Shown: one piece after another, positions 37,097-49,962 of the stretch
Layout of the letters: every line of letters starts with the position of its first letter
Position numbering within the stretch: the stretch's first letter is position 1
Source: Squalus acanthias
Lineage: Eukaryota
Length of the DNA: 64,000 bases
NCBI GenBank assembly: GCA_030390025.1
Contig: CM059432.1
Span: forward strand, 137,146,001 to 137,210,000
Direction of reading: 5' to 3'
Position numbers and translations under genes: made by a program
Notes under the pieces: model-generated
Seen by the model: only the letters and a program-made list of their open reading frames with translations
The model's database searches: none
Told to the model about the DNA's origin: nothing

Positions 37097-38401
37097 GATC
37101 TTCTCTCTGGCTTCTCTCTGGCTTTCAAGCTTTAAACTTTGCGAAATCTCATCATGCGTGCACTCTAGCACACTGAAACCTGTGCAGTTTTTACCTACCA
37201 ATTTCCAGTGAATTTCATATATTGAATTTCAAATCAACCGATCATTTCCGCTCAGTGAAACGTTAAGCTTGGCAATGAGACTATCAGGAAATGTATAGCT
37301 GTTGTAAAATTAAAGCTCTCATATCTAGGGGGTGACTTTGCAGGCTTCACTTAGGATGTAACTGGTGCTAATAGCTCTAATTTTAAGGTTATGCCACCTT
37401 GTTCTGGACTCCCTCACCAGAGGAAATAACACACTGCCCTATGTCGTCTTTTGGCAAATTCATACCCCTGTTGCAAAGGGGAGGGGAGTGGCACAATGCT
37501 GAACACTACTCCCATCGATAAGTGTAAAATACTAACAGCATTCTGCAACAAGTACAGGAGCAGCAAAACCATTTGCTGGGTAAACAACGTCAAAATTAGA
37601 GACCTTTCTTGGCAATACCAGCCGCTCCTGTAAGACAGATGGGGGTTAACTTCCCACAGGGGCTCTCCTGACCATCAGCTGTAGCTTTGGCAGATCAGCT
37701 GTGGAAGCCCCAGAGAAATGGCGTAAATGGCGCCAACACTACTTCTACGGGTTCCCGAGGACCGTCTACTGAAGTTACGGCGGGACATCAGGAGAAGCTT
37801 CCCCCCCCCCTCTCCCCCCACCACTCCCCCCACCCACCTCCCTGCCACACACAGAGAAACAACCCAATAGCGCCAGAACGGCAGCTCTGCAATCAGTAGA
37901 GCTAGCTGTTTCTGGGCGCACTTTGCCCCTGAACTGCACCCTGTACAATTAGAGGAGGTTTGAGTGCAGAAGCCGTTGGCAATCATCTGCATGAAATTTG
38001 CATTGCGACACCGTCCACTCGGGTCTATTATTGTCCACTATTGGTACACTCGGGTACCAATAACACAAAACCATAGAGGAAGTTTGTGCGCATCGCCTTT
38101 CAGGGGCAAAACGGGAGCAGTGGGTTGGCATCCATTCTTCCTCCGCACGGCACGAAATTTGGGCACTATCTGGGACCAAGGCAGAGGAAAATCAGGCATC
38201 CCCCACCCACCCCTTCCCAAGAACACAAGAAATAAAACAAACGAGAAAAATCTTCCATCACATTGCTCTGCAAGAATAAAGATGAACTAATCTCTTAATT
38301 GAAAATACAAAGGATGTGGGGGCATGGAAAAAGCTTCACTGGGTAAAGATTAAATGACAGGAGATAGCAAATAACTAGAAATTAAACTAAGATGGACATA
38401 T

Positions 38402-40118
38402 CATAGAAGCATAGAAGATAGGAGCAGGAGTAGGCCATGCGGCCCCTCGAGCCTGCTCCGCCATTTAATGAGATCATGGCTGATCATCCAAATTCAGTAC
38501 CCTGTCCCTGCTTTCTCCCCATATTCCTTGATCCCTTTAGCCTTAAGAAATATATCTATCTCCTTCTCGAATATATTTAATTAATTGGCCTCAACTGCCT
38601 TCTGTGGTAGAGAATTCCACAGGTTCACCACTCTCTGGGTGAAGAAATTCCTCCTCATCTCAGTCCTAAATGGCTTACCCCTTATCCTTAGACTGTGACC
38701 TCTGGTTCTGGACTCCCCCGCCATCGGGAACATCCTTCCAGCATCTAGTCTGTCTAGTCCTGTTAGAATTTTATAAGTTTCAATGAGATCCCCTCTCATT
38801 CTTCTAAACTCTAGCGAATATAAACCTAATCGACCCAATCTCTCCTCATACGTCATTCCTGCCATCCCAGGTATCAGTCTGGTAAATCTTCGCTGCACTC
38901 CCTCCATGACAAGAACATCCTTCCTCAGATAAGGCGACCAAAACTGCACACAATACTCAAGGTGTGGTCTCACCAAGGTCTTGTACAACTGCAGCAAGAC
39001 ATCCTTGCTCCTGTACTCGAATCCTCTCACTATGAAGGCCAACATACGATTTGCCTTCTTAACCGCCTGCTGTACCTGCATGCTTACCTTCAGCGACTGG
39101 TGCACAAGGACACCCAGGTCTCGTTGCACTTCCCCTTCTCCCAATCTATTGCCGTTCAGATAATAATCTGTCTTCCTGTTTTTGCCACCAAAGTGGATAA
39201 CCTCGCATTTATCCACATTATACTGCATCTGCCATGCATCTGCCCAATCACCCAACCTGTCCAAATCATACTGGAGTTTCTCTGCATCCTCCTCACAACA
39301 CACACGCCCACCCAGCTTTGTGTCGTCTGCAAACTTGGAGATATTACATCTAGTTCCGCCTGACGCTAGCAACGACAGGTTGAGGGGAGCATTCTGCAGT
39401 CATGAAGGGAAAGGGGGAGCGCTATTTAAAGGTGACCGCTTCCTGCCTTTTATTGTTGGTGCCATTTTTGAACTACGCATTCTGAGAGAGAGAGGGAGAG
39501 ACTTCTGGAGAGATTCAACGTTGTGTGAAGGAGTTTTGGGTACTGAGCAGCACTTTGCAGGCTCATTTTGATTTGCCATTCCTTGTATCGATTTAGCAGA
39601 GACTGTGGGGGCTGCACTCTGAGCTCTTTGCCTGGTACTCTCCATTGTTCTTTCCAGCACATTTGATGTGCAGGTCTCTCCAGGCCGAGATTCAAGGCTG
39701 CAATGAGCAGGATGTGGATGGAAAGCAAGATTAACCATCCCCTTTAAGAACTGTCCCGTGCCATTGTGTGTGTGTTCCATTGCTGACTGACATTACATGA
39801 GCTTCGCCAGCGCTCTGAGGTAGCGCCTCGCTCCTCGGCATTTGCGCCTTAAGACAGGTGTGAAGCGCCTGATATAGCGCTGCAATCACCTACAGGGGCG
39901 ATAAAAGTCAAGTTTGCAGTCAGTGGCGATAATTAGCGCCAGGCACTAATCTTTGCGCCCGGCCGATAATTGCGCCCCAAATGGGGCGATACTGAATTTC
40001 TCCCCCATTACATCTAGTTCCCTCGTCTAGATCATTAATATATATTGTGAATAGCTGGGGTCCTAGCACCGATCCCTGCGGTACCCCACTAGTCACTGCC
40101 TGCCACTCGGAAAAAGAT
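38402..40118 (-). mobile_element. CR1 LINE 3' fragment interrupted by a Harbinger fragment
   Basis: [11 protein letters not shown] (about 40100) continues to KFADDTK (ORF 38581-39372). Confidence 0.92.
39358..40006 (+). mobile_element. One-ended Harbinger family-1 deletion derivative
   Basis: Right TIR actgaatttctccccc only; transposase start fused to Myb start; 15-bp flanking duplication attacatctagttcc. Confidence 0.85.
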
Positions 40119-41982
40119 CCTTTTAATAATTCTAATGAAAATAATTTAGTGATCATGGCATGGCAAAAATTTAACATCCCATATTTTTCGTATTAGATCC
40201 ATTAATTTCAGTTTACAAGTTCTGCTTCTAAAAATATCGTAGAGCCAAATCTGACAGGTGTGAGAAGAATTGGATTGTTTGTGAGAATTGATGTCCTCCA
40301 GGGGCTGCTGGGGATCTTCTTATTTTTATGGTGTGCCAATTTAGATTTATCTAGCTTTGAAATGAGTACTTTACTTCACCAACTGGGCACCTTTTACATT
40401 AAATTAGATAAATGCTGTTAACTTGATTTTTTTTACGGGTGGTTCTGTTCTCTGCCTTATTCTTGCGCTGAGGCAACTGAACCTGAACAGTAGTTTAAAC
40501 CTGCCCCTGCTATGAGCAAAGGAAAGTATGGAAAACATGCAAGGTAAAAGGAGGATGAAATATATCTGGGAAAGGCAAAACTCCTGCAGGGTTCCTGTTC
40601 TTAACAACTATGCAGTGGCTCATGCTGGGAACTCACATTATTGGATCGTACATCAACAGACAATCAGGTTAAGCTGTGGCCATCCTTTTCATGAAATAAA
40701 GAAGAACTTACATACAGCGCCTTTCACGACCCCAGGATGTCCCCAAGCGCTTTACCGCCAATTAAGTACTTTTGATGTGTAGTCACTCTTCTAATGTAGG
40801 GGAGTCCAAAATTAAGGGCCATTAAGATAGTCACTTATAAATCCAATAAAGAATTCTAAAGAAACTTCTTTACCCAAAGAGTGGTTAGAATGTGGAATTC
40901 GCTACCAGAGGGAGTGATTGAGGCGAATAGCATAGATGCATTCAAGGGGAAGCTGGATAAGTACATGAGAGAGAAAGGAATAGAGGGTTATGTTGATAGG
41001 GTGAGATGAAATAGGGGTGGGGGGACGCTCATTTGGAGCATAAACACCGGCATAGACCTGTTGGGCCGAATGGCCTGTTTATGTGCTGTAAATTCTATGT
41101 AACTCTACGTAATCCAGGGTAAAGACAGGCAGCAATTAAAAGCTGACCAATTTGTTTGAACTCCAATTACAAATAGCCTCATCTCTAAATCATTACACTC
41201 AGTCAATATTTCAATAGCGATTACCTCAAAAGGAATGCCAGAATTTGCAAAACTGATCAATAAATGTAAACCTCTCTGTCCAAATTGATGTGTCTTATAA
41301 TTATTTTTTTATGCATTCATGGAATGTGGGCGTCGTTGGCAAGCCCAGCATTTATTGTGGTCTGCACAGAGTGGTCTTAAATGGATGCTTCAAAACAGAG
41401 TGTTAAAGTAGGGAATTTGGAGAGAGTGGGAATTTGGAGCAGAGGGAGAAGGAAGTGTTGCTCTTTGCCTCCAATACTTGTAGTGCTTTGTGTTACAGGA
41501 AAATATTTAATTTAATCTACCTATAACTTAAACTAGATCAAGTAATTAGTTAAAAAGAAACTAAACTATAAGCTAAGTTAATTAAATACATAGGCCTAGA
41601 TATTGGATATAGCCACGAAACGGGCGGTGTTAAGGCCCAACGATGTAAAGCTACGCCACCGCAAAATGGTCTAGGTAGCACGCAAAATTTGTGCTCAATT
41701 CTCATTACCATGATTGTACTCTTGATTTCATAGAACCATAGAATGGTTACACCACAGAAGGAAGCCATTCGGCCCGTCGAGCCCGTGCCAGCTCTCTGCA
41801 AAAGCACTTCAGCTAGTCCCACTCCCCCTGCCCTTTCCCTGTAGCCCTGCAATTTTTTTCCTTCAGGTACTTATCCAATTCCCTTTTGAAAGCTACAACT
41901 GAATCTGCCTCCACCACCCTTTCAGGCAGTGAATTCCCGATCCTAACCACTCGTTGCGTAAAAAAGAAATTTCATGTCGCCT

Positions 41983-42584
41983 TCGCCCGGAGATCGTGAC
42001 GTCATTGCTGTATGCATCGTCCCGGTAGCGCCCCAGACCCAAAATTGAATTCTGCCCCCTGCAGCAGCGCCGGTCGAAAACACCGACAGCTGCAGTAGGT
42101 GTGCAACGGGCGGCCGGCCACTTCGGGGGCGATGATTAAAAGTGAGGTGGCCGAGGTAAGTAAAAAAAAACTTACCTTTCTTCTTCCAGTTTTTTTCGCG
42201 GGTTCCTGCCCGCGATTGATCAGACCGGCGCTCTGCTTGAGTGCCGGGCTGATCGCGTGGGACCACGGCTGCCTTGGTGGTCCAGGTAGGTACTTTTTCT
42301 ATTGCAGAGCCTGCAGCGATGGCCCTTCCCTTTAAGGGAGGGAAGGAGCCTTTGAACGCGGCAGCGCTGCCCGGCCCAGTGGGCAGCGCTGCTGAAGTTT
42401 CTGCCCTGTTCTCCAACGTTAGCGCCCTAAGAAGGAAGTGGAGTGCTTGATTTAGTGCTCCACTTCCCTTTTGGGGTGCTAAGACTCAATTTTGCAGTCG
42501 CCGGTGCTAATTAGCGCCGGGCGCTAAAGTTAACGCCCAGGCGATGTTAGCGCCCCAAAATGGTCAATACCAAATTTTTTCCCC
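41983..42584 (+). mobile_element. Harbinger family-1 MITE fragment lacking left end
   Basis: Homologous to 10150-10728; right TIR accaaattttttcccc. Confidence 0.75.
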
Positions 42585-42719
42585 TATAGTTCTTGCACCT
42601 CTCTGTAATTTCCCTGCAAATTTGCTCCTCTATATCCTTCCACTAGTTGGCGGCCGATAGAATACCCCTAGTAGTGTAATAGCACCTCTATTGTTTCTCA
42701 ACTCTCACCAAATAGATCC

Positions 42720-43974
42720 ACAATCTCAGCCAGCTGGAGGAGAGAGTGCGGGGCATCATTGGGCGGCTGATCATAGAGGCCGTGGCAACCGGTGAGGTTA
42801 AAATCTTTGGGGACACCAACGGTTTGCTCATTCCTAATCCTTCTTCTCACATCCCACCTCCCCCTCATCCCACAATCTCTTCTCACTTTCAAGCTACTAA
42901 TGCTGTATGCATGCATATTTTGCTTCCCCCACTTCCCCTCACCATAACCCGACTCTTGTGCCTTTCTGCTTTCAGATAATCAAGAACAAGCCCCTGAGCA
43001 GCCTGTCCCCGAGACGATGCACGAGAGCGATGGGGGGGAGAAGAAGAAGATGAAGAAGAAGACATCCTGTCACTGCTTCTGTCACTCGCAGACACCAGCT
43101 CAGAAACTGGCACTGTGTGTACTTTAGAGGCTAGTGTAGAAGCGGGATCTGCACAGGGTGAGGCACTGGGCACGAGCGGGCTGCAGCAAGGCCAGGGGGA
43201 AAGGGTAGCTCGGGGGCCAGCTCCCCGGAGGGCGAGTTCGCGCATGAGTTCTGCTGCACACGACTCAGATGAGGACCTCGATGGGGCGGCCTTCAGAAGA
43301 AGGGTGATGGGCATGCACGTCGAATTTCTAGGTGCAATCGCAAACCTGCCAGAAAGCCTCTTGGCAATATCAAAGGGCATGAAGCAGTCCGCCTCCAACA
43401 TTGTACAGAACTCTGCGCAGAGCTTGGAACTCCCAGAGAGACCATTGCAGCACAGGCGGAAGCGACCCAACGTCTCAGTGCTGCAGCAGAAGCGCAGACC
43501 ACTGTCCTGCAGTCTCAGCTTGATGCCACCCAAGCTCAGACTGCTGCCATCGTGGCCGGGTTTACCACTGTCAACCGGGGCTTGCAGGGTGTCACAGCAG
43601 CCCAGCAATCTGTGCTCCAACAGATTGCTAGGACTGCTGAGGTGTTGCCCCGGGGGAGTGGCAGTGGGTCAGTGGAGCACGACCCTGCTGTCCTCTCTCA
43701 GGATGACAGCATTCCTGTTCCCACCACTGGCACTCCGCCATTGCCCTTGCTACCCCTGTCAGCCAGCCAGCCTAGACTGCTGCCGCCCATGCCGAGGTGG
43801 TGCAATCTGCAGTCGGGTCTTCTAAGGCCAGAGCTGCTCGAGGTCATCCTGCAAGGCCATCTGAAGTCTCCTGCATGGAAACTCAGCAGCCTTCCACCAG
43901 CCATGCTGCAGCCACTGGGGGAGCACTTCGTAGGAGCACTAGGACAGGAAAAGGCTCCGAATGACAGGCACTAA
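42720..43974 (+). pseudogene. Harbinger Myb-like gene remnant (exons 2-3)
   Basis: LEERVRGIIGRLIIEAVATGE and AAQQSVLQQIARTAEVLPRGSGS align with the 32521-33789 product. Confidence 0.75.
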
Positions 43975-44169
43975 GGGATTGCACAAGGGTGATTAGTTCA
44001 TATCATTAGTATAAATATGTGTGAATTGATTTTTGATAAATTTCTTAATTTTTTTTGCAATCTTTTGTGGTGGCTCTCATTTCAGCTTTGAGCCCAGGAG
44101 GACACTGTGATATTCCATGACAGAGGGCTGGTATGATGGGAATGTGGTGAGCAACGGGGATCTGGGGTT

Positions 44170-45330
44170 TTATTCATTGGAAACGGAGTCTAATGAGGCG
44201 TTCACAGAAAGCCCGTCTGGAAGGGGGATTGGCTGCCTGCCTCCTCCCTCCCTCCTCATCCTCTTCCTCCTCCTCCTCCTCCTCCTCTCCCTCGTCCTCC
44301 TCCTGAGGTGGTCCCACAATCCCTGCTGGCAAGGGCTGCACCCTCGTGATGGCCAAGTTGTGAAGCTTGCAGCAGACCACCACAGAATGGGACAGCCGCT
44401 CTGTCGAGTACTGGAGGGCTCCTCCTGAGCGGTCAAGGCAGCAGAACCGTTGCTTCAGTAGCCCGATGATCTGCTCGATGATGTTCCTGGTGGCAGCATG
44501 GCTCTCATTATGTGAGTGCTGGGCATGAGTGTTGGGGTTGAGGAGGGGAGTTATGAGCCAGCTGCAGAGCGGATAGCCCTTGTCTCCGAGCAGCCACCTT
44601 CGAGTTTGATGTGGTGGCTAGAAGATTGCTGGCTGATGCAGGATGAAGGCTGCTGCCATGATAGCAGGCATTGACCATCAGGAAGCACTGGGTGTGGTCA
44701 CACACCAACTGCACATTAAGTGAGTGGTAGCCTTCGCGGTTATGGAAGATCTCAGGATTGTTATACAGCGCCCGCAAAGCCATGAGGGTGCAGTTGATGG
44801 TACCCTGCACCATGGGGAAGCCCGCTATCCAGGCAAAGCCACATGCGCACTCCTCCTGCTTCTCTCTGCGCAGAGAGAAGACAACGTAGTCCCTTCTCCT
44901 GCTGTAGGGAGCCTCAGTGACCTCCCGGATGCAGCGATGGATGGCGAACTGGGAGATGTTAGCTACGTCTCCTGCTGCAGACTGGAAGGACCCCCTTGCC
45001 GAAGAAATTGAGGGCCGTGGTGACCTTGACTGCCACTGGGAGAGCCGTGGTCACCCTGCGCTCAGGCTGCAGGTCTGGTTGCAGGAGATGGCAGAGTTCT
45101 ATGACCACCTCCTTGGTGAAGCGGAGCCTCCTAATACACTGCTCCTCGCTTAAGTGGATATAAGTGAAGTGCTCTCGGAAGACCCTAGGTGGGTAAGGCC
45201 TCCTGTGGAGAGCCCTCCTGGCCCTCCTCCTCCTCCCTCTGTGTGCATCTTCCCCCTTCTTCGCTGCCTCCGCTCCCCTCCCTAAGATACTCGAGCGCGA
45301 GGCGGTCCGCCAGTCGAGCCCTCATAACTG
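44170..45330 (-). pseudogene. Harbinger transposase pseudogene
   Basis: MVQGTINCT...GYHSLNVQLVCDH and VVCCKLHNLAI...poly-E in different frames. Confidence 0.85.
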
Positions 45331-45863
45331 TGAGCAAGTGTTGTGAGCAGAAGCCTTTAAATAATAATGAAGGCGTTCTCCACTTGCAACAACACTTCCT
45401 GTTACCATAGAACCTTGAAAGAAATTAAGAAAGCTGCTGGAGTTGCAGAAAGTTGCACAGAGCCAGTCAAACTGAACAAACATGTCAGGTGCAAGTGATT
45501 GCTGATGGTTCCTTTAAATACCACTGCTGGAGCCTCCTTGCTGCTTGTCAATGCTTGCTCAGCTGGTCGCAATTAAGGCAGGCCGGTAAGTTGAACCGTG
45601 AGCTCCAAACTCGTAGATCAGGCATTAAGTGAGCGTTGCACACTCACTGACGTCACGATCTGCTTCATCTCCATGATTTTAGTGATCGCTGATATCGGCA
45701 GCGCGGCCGGCCATCTGAAAATGGCGGCCTCCGCAGGACCCGCCGCAGAAGAGCTGCTGCCGCCATTTTTTCGCCTGAATCTGGCACTAATGGTTGGCGA
45801 TAATCCCCCCATTTTCTCGACCATTAACTCTAATTAATTAAATAAATAAAACAAGGGAAGGCA

Positions 45864-46742
45864 ATGCAGGTGGTGCGCCGCAACTGCAGCATGTGGAAGT
45901 TTGTGGAGAGCATCACGATCCTGGACGACCACACCTGCAGTAAGTGTCTGCATCTCAAGGAACTTCAGCTCAGAGTTGTTGAGCTGGAGTCCGAGTTGCA
46001 GCCATTGCGGGGCATCAGAGAGGGCGAGAGTTACCTGTACACTTTGATCCAGGAGGCAGTCACACCCCTTAGGTTAGGTAGTGGTACAGGTCTGGTTAGT
46101 GGTCAGGGACAGGAGGGTGTGACTGCTACTCAGGCAGGTAAGGGGACCCCAAGTGCTGTGCTGGAGGAGCCTCAGACTTTGCCCTTATCCAACAGGAATG
46201 AGGTTCTTGCTGCCTGTGTGGATGAGGGCAGAGTCTGCAGGATGGATGAGCAAACTAATCACGGCACCGTGGTACAGGAGGCCATTCAAAGTGGAGTAAA
46301 AACGAATGTAGTAGTGATAGGGGACAGTATAGTCAGGCGGATAGATACTGTTCTCTGCAGCCGCGACCTAGAGTTCCGAAGATTTGTTGCCTGCCTGGTG
46401 CCAGGGTTAAGGATATCTCCTCGCGGCTGGAGAAGAACTTGGAGTGGGAGTGGGAGTATCCAGTTATCGTGGTCGACGTAGGAACCAACGGTAGAACTAG
46501 GAATGAGGTTCTGCTGAGAGAGTTTGAGGAGCTAGGTTCCAAATTAAGATGCAGAACCTCAAAGGTAATAATCACTGGATTGTTACCTGAGCCACGTGCA
46601 AATTGTTATGGGGACAAGCTGATCAGAGAGACAAATGCGTGGCTCAAAGAGTGGTGTGGGAGGAAGGGGTTTCGATTCATGGGGCACTGGCACCAGTACT
46701 GGGGAAAGAGGGAGCTCTTCTGTTGGGATGGGTTCCACTTAA
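45864..46742 (+). pseudogene. CR1 ORF1 (Zn finger, coiled coil, SGNH esterase), frameshifted and interrupted
   Basis: CSMW...HTCSKC..L..LQLRVVELE; VVIGDSIVR; VGTN; DGFHLN. Confidence 0.85.
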
Positions 46743-47927
46743 ACATAAGAACATAAGAAATAAAAGCTGGAGTAGGCCATTTGGCCCTTAGAGCCTGCTC
46801 CGCCATTCAACAAGATCATGGCTAATCTTCTACCTCAACTCCACCTTCCCGCACTATCCCCATATCCCTTAATTCCCTTAGTTCCCCCAAATTTATCGAC
46901 CTCTGTCTTGAATATACTCAACGACTGAGCATCCACAGCTCTCCAAAGATTCACAACCCTTTGAGTGAAGATATTTCTCCTCATCTCAGTCCTAAATGGC
47001 CTACCCCTTATTCTGAGACTGTTACCCAGTGTTCTAGATTCCCCAGCCAGGGGAAACATTTTCCCAGCATTAACCCTGTCAAGCACCTTAAGAATTTTAT
47101 ATGTTTCAATTAGATCACCTCTCATTCTTCTAAACTCTAGGGAATATAGACCTAGTCTACTCAATCTCTCCTCATAGGGCAATCCCCTCATCCCAGGAAC
47201 CAATCTAGTGAACCTTCGCTGCACTCCCTCTAAGGCAAGTATGTCTTTCCTTAGGTAAGGAGACCAGAACTGTACACAGTACTCCAGGTGTGGCCTCACC
47301 AATACCCTGTATAATTGTAGTAAGACTTCTTTACTCTTATACTCTAATCCCTTTGTAACAAAAGCTAACATACCATTTGCTTTCCTAATTGCTTGCTGTA
47401 CCTGCATGTTAACTTTCTGTGATTCATGTACAAAAACACCCAGGTCCCTCTGAATGCAAACATTTCCCAGTCTCTCACCATTCAAAAAATATTCTGCTTT
47501 TTTGTTTTTCTTACCAAAGTGGATAACTTCACACTTCCCCACATTGTATTCCATTTGTCATGTTCTTGCCCACTCAGTCAACCTGTCTATATCTCTCTGC
47601 AGCCTCTTTGCGTCCTCTTCACAGATTACTTTCCCACCTAAGTTGTGTCATCAGCAAACTTGGATACGTTGCACTCAGCCCCTTCATCTAAGTCATTAAT
47701 ATAGATTGTAAATAGCTGAGGCCCAAGCACTGATCTTTGCGGTACCCCGGCTAGCTACAGCCTGCCAAGCCGAAAAAGTCCCGTTTATTCCTATTGTCTG
47801 TTTTCTGTCCGACAACCAATCCTCAATCCATGCTAATATATTATCCACAATCCCATGAGTCCTAATTTTATGTAAGAACCTCTTGTGTGGCATCTTATCG
47901 AATGCTTTTTGAAAATCCAAATACACT

Positions 47928-48378
47928 GGGCACGATCTTGCCAGCCCTGGGGAGGCGGGTTTGGAGGTGCGACTGCCGGGAAAATGGCAGAATCTGGGGG
48001 CGGGTGCCCATCCTGCCCCCAACCCGCCTCCATGCCATCTTCCCGGGAGGCGGGTAGCAGACCCGCGCCAGGTCCCATTTCCTGGAGGCGAGTAGGGGAT
48101 TACAGCCACTTAACTGCCTGGTAACAGATAGTTAACAGGCAGATAAGAGGATTAACCCCATTTTACCCACACAAAATTTTTGACAGATGAAACGTCATAG
48201 GCTGACATTCTCTGTAACCGGCTTCCCCTTAATTGGCCTGCTAAGCCCGCTGGGCGGGCTTAACAAGGTCAATCAAGGGAAAATAGCGTGGGTTGGCCAG
48301 AAGTCGATGGAGGAGGGACTAAAACCCGATAAGCAGCAGTCCCGCCTCCAACGCTCCCACATTGACAAAATCGCCCCC
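47928..48378. mobile_element. Harbinger family-2 MITE, internally deleted, chimeric
   Basis: TIRs gggcacgatcttg/caaaatcgccccc; non-matching flanks ACT/TTT. Confidence 0.8.
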
Positions 48379-48477
48379 TTTGTATCCGCTTCATGGTAGA
48401 AGACAAAAAACATTCTGGAAATAATGGGGAACCAAGGGTCGAGAGAGAATGAGGAACTTAAAGAAATCAATAATCAG

Positions 48478-48704
48478 TGACATAAGAAAACTACTAGGCA
48501 CTCGGTCTAAGCGTTAAACAAACCTTTAATCTACTGTTTTACAACATGGAGGTCTAGTTGTGTCCTTCACTAGTTCCTGTTAAGAATGTCCTGCGCAAGC
48601 TGGGCCCATGCCCAAGTATTTATACTCTCCCTGGACAGCGCCACCCGCAGGCCACTCAGTATTATTTCATAAGTCTTTCTTTCATGAATGACAGATTCAT
48701 GTCA
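48478..48704 (-). mobile_element. Small (227 bp) solo LTR
   Basis: tgacat...atgtca termini; 5-bp TSD atcag; minus-strand TATA (gtataaata) and ATTAAA. Confidence 0.75.
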
Positions 48705-49144
48705 ATCAGTATAAGTAAAGACATAGTACTGGAGAAATTAATAGGACTAAGTGCCAACAAATCCCCTGGGCCTGATGACCTGCATCCTAGGGTTTTAAAA
48801 GAGGTAGCTACAGAGATAGTGGATACATTGATATTAATCTTCCACAATTCCCTAGATTCTAGAACAGTCACCAAGGACTGGAAGGTAGCAAACATAACCC
48901 CACTATGTAAGAAGGGAGGAAGAGAAAAAAACGGGAACTTATAGGCCGGTTAACCTGACATCAGTAGGAGGCAAAATGCTAGAATCTGTTATTCGGAACA
49001 TGGTTACAGGGCACTTAGAAAATCGTAATATGATTAGGCAGAGTCAACATAGTTTATGAAAGGGAAATCGAGTTTGACAAATCTGTCAGAGTTTTTTGAA
49101 GATGTAACTAGTAGGATGGATAAGGGGGGACCTGTGGATATAAT

Positions 49145-49962
49145 GGGCTGGATTTTGCCAATGGGGAGCTTTTGGAGGCGGGACTCCCACTTGTCGGGTT
49201 TTAGTCCCGCCTACATTGATTTCTGGCCAACCCATGCTATTTTCCCTTGATTGACCTTGTTAAGCCTGCCCAGCCTGTTACAGAGAACGTCAGCATATGA
49301 CGTTTCATCTGTCAAAAATTTTTGACAGATGAATTGTCATCGTTTGACAGCTATGTGAAGCTGTCAAACACTGACATTCTATGTTGTTTGATGAGTTCTT
49401 GTATTCAAGACTCATCAAACCTCTTTTGTGAGCAGAAATTAGATGGTTGTTGCATTGGAGAATGCAGCAGCCATCTGTCATCTCTGCCGGTGAGATGCGA
49501 GAGTCTCCGCATCCCCAACGATTGAAGCCTGCAGGAAGAAACAAAGGTAAGTAAACATTTTCTAACACTTTCCACTTACCTCACATACTCGCCTCTCCAC
49601 ACTTGCACCGATCACTTACCTTCACAGTGTACTTTTGCACCCCTCCGACGCCCACAGACCCACTGCTCACCTCGGTGACCCTGGCGGGGTTTCCTGACAT
49701 CAGGAAGCCCGCACCTCTGGTGGAAAAATGGGGATAATCCTCTTAACTGCCTGTTAACTACCTGTTAGCAGGCAGTTAAGTGGCTGTAATTCCCTTCCCA
49801 CCTCCAGGAGACGGGACCTGGCGCGGGTCAGCTACCCGCTTCCTGGGAAGATGGCACGGAGGTTGGGTTGGGGGCGGGATGGGCACCCGCCCCCAGATTC
49901 TGCCATTTTCCCGGCTGTCCCGCCTCCAAACCTGCCTCCCCAGGGCTGGCAAGATCGCGCCC
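49145..49962. mobile_element. Harbinger family-2 MITE, chimeric
   Basis: TIRs gggctggattttgcc/ggcaagatcgcgccc; non-matching flanks AAT/AAA. Confidence 0.85.

Larger units (their letters stand above)
41593..45822. mobile_element. Old degenerate Harbinger element (family 3) with nested fragments
   Basis: Imperfect TIRs ggcctagatattgg/ccattttctcgacc; convergent Myb (+) and transposase (-) remnants; ends approximate. Confidence 0.7.
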
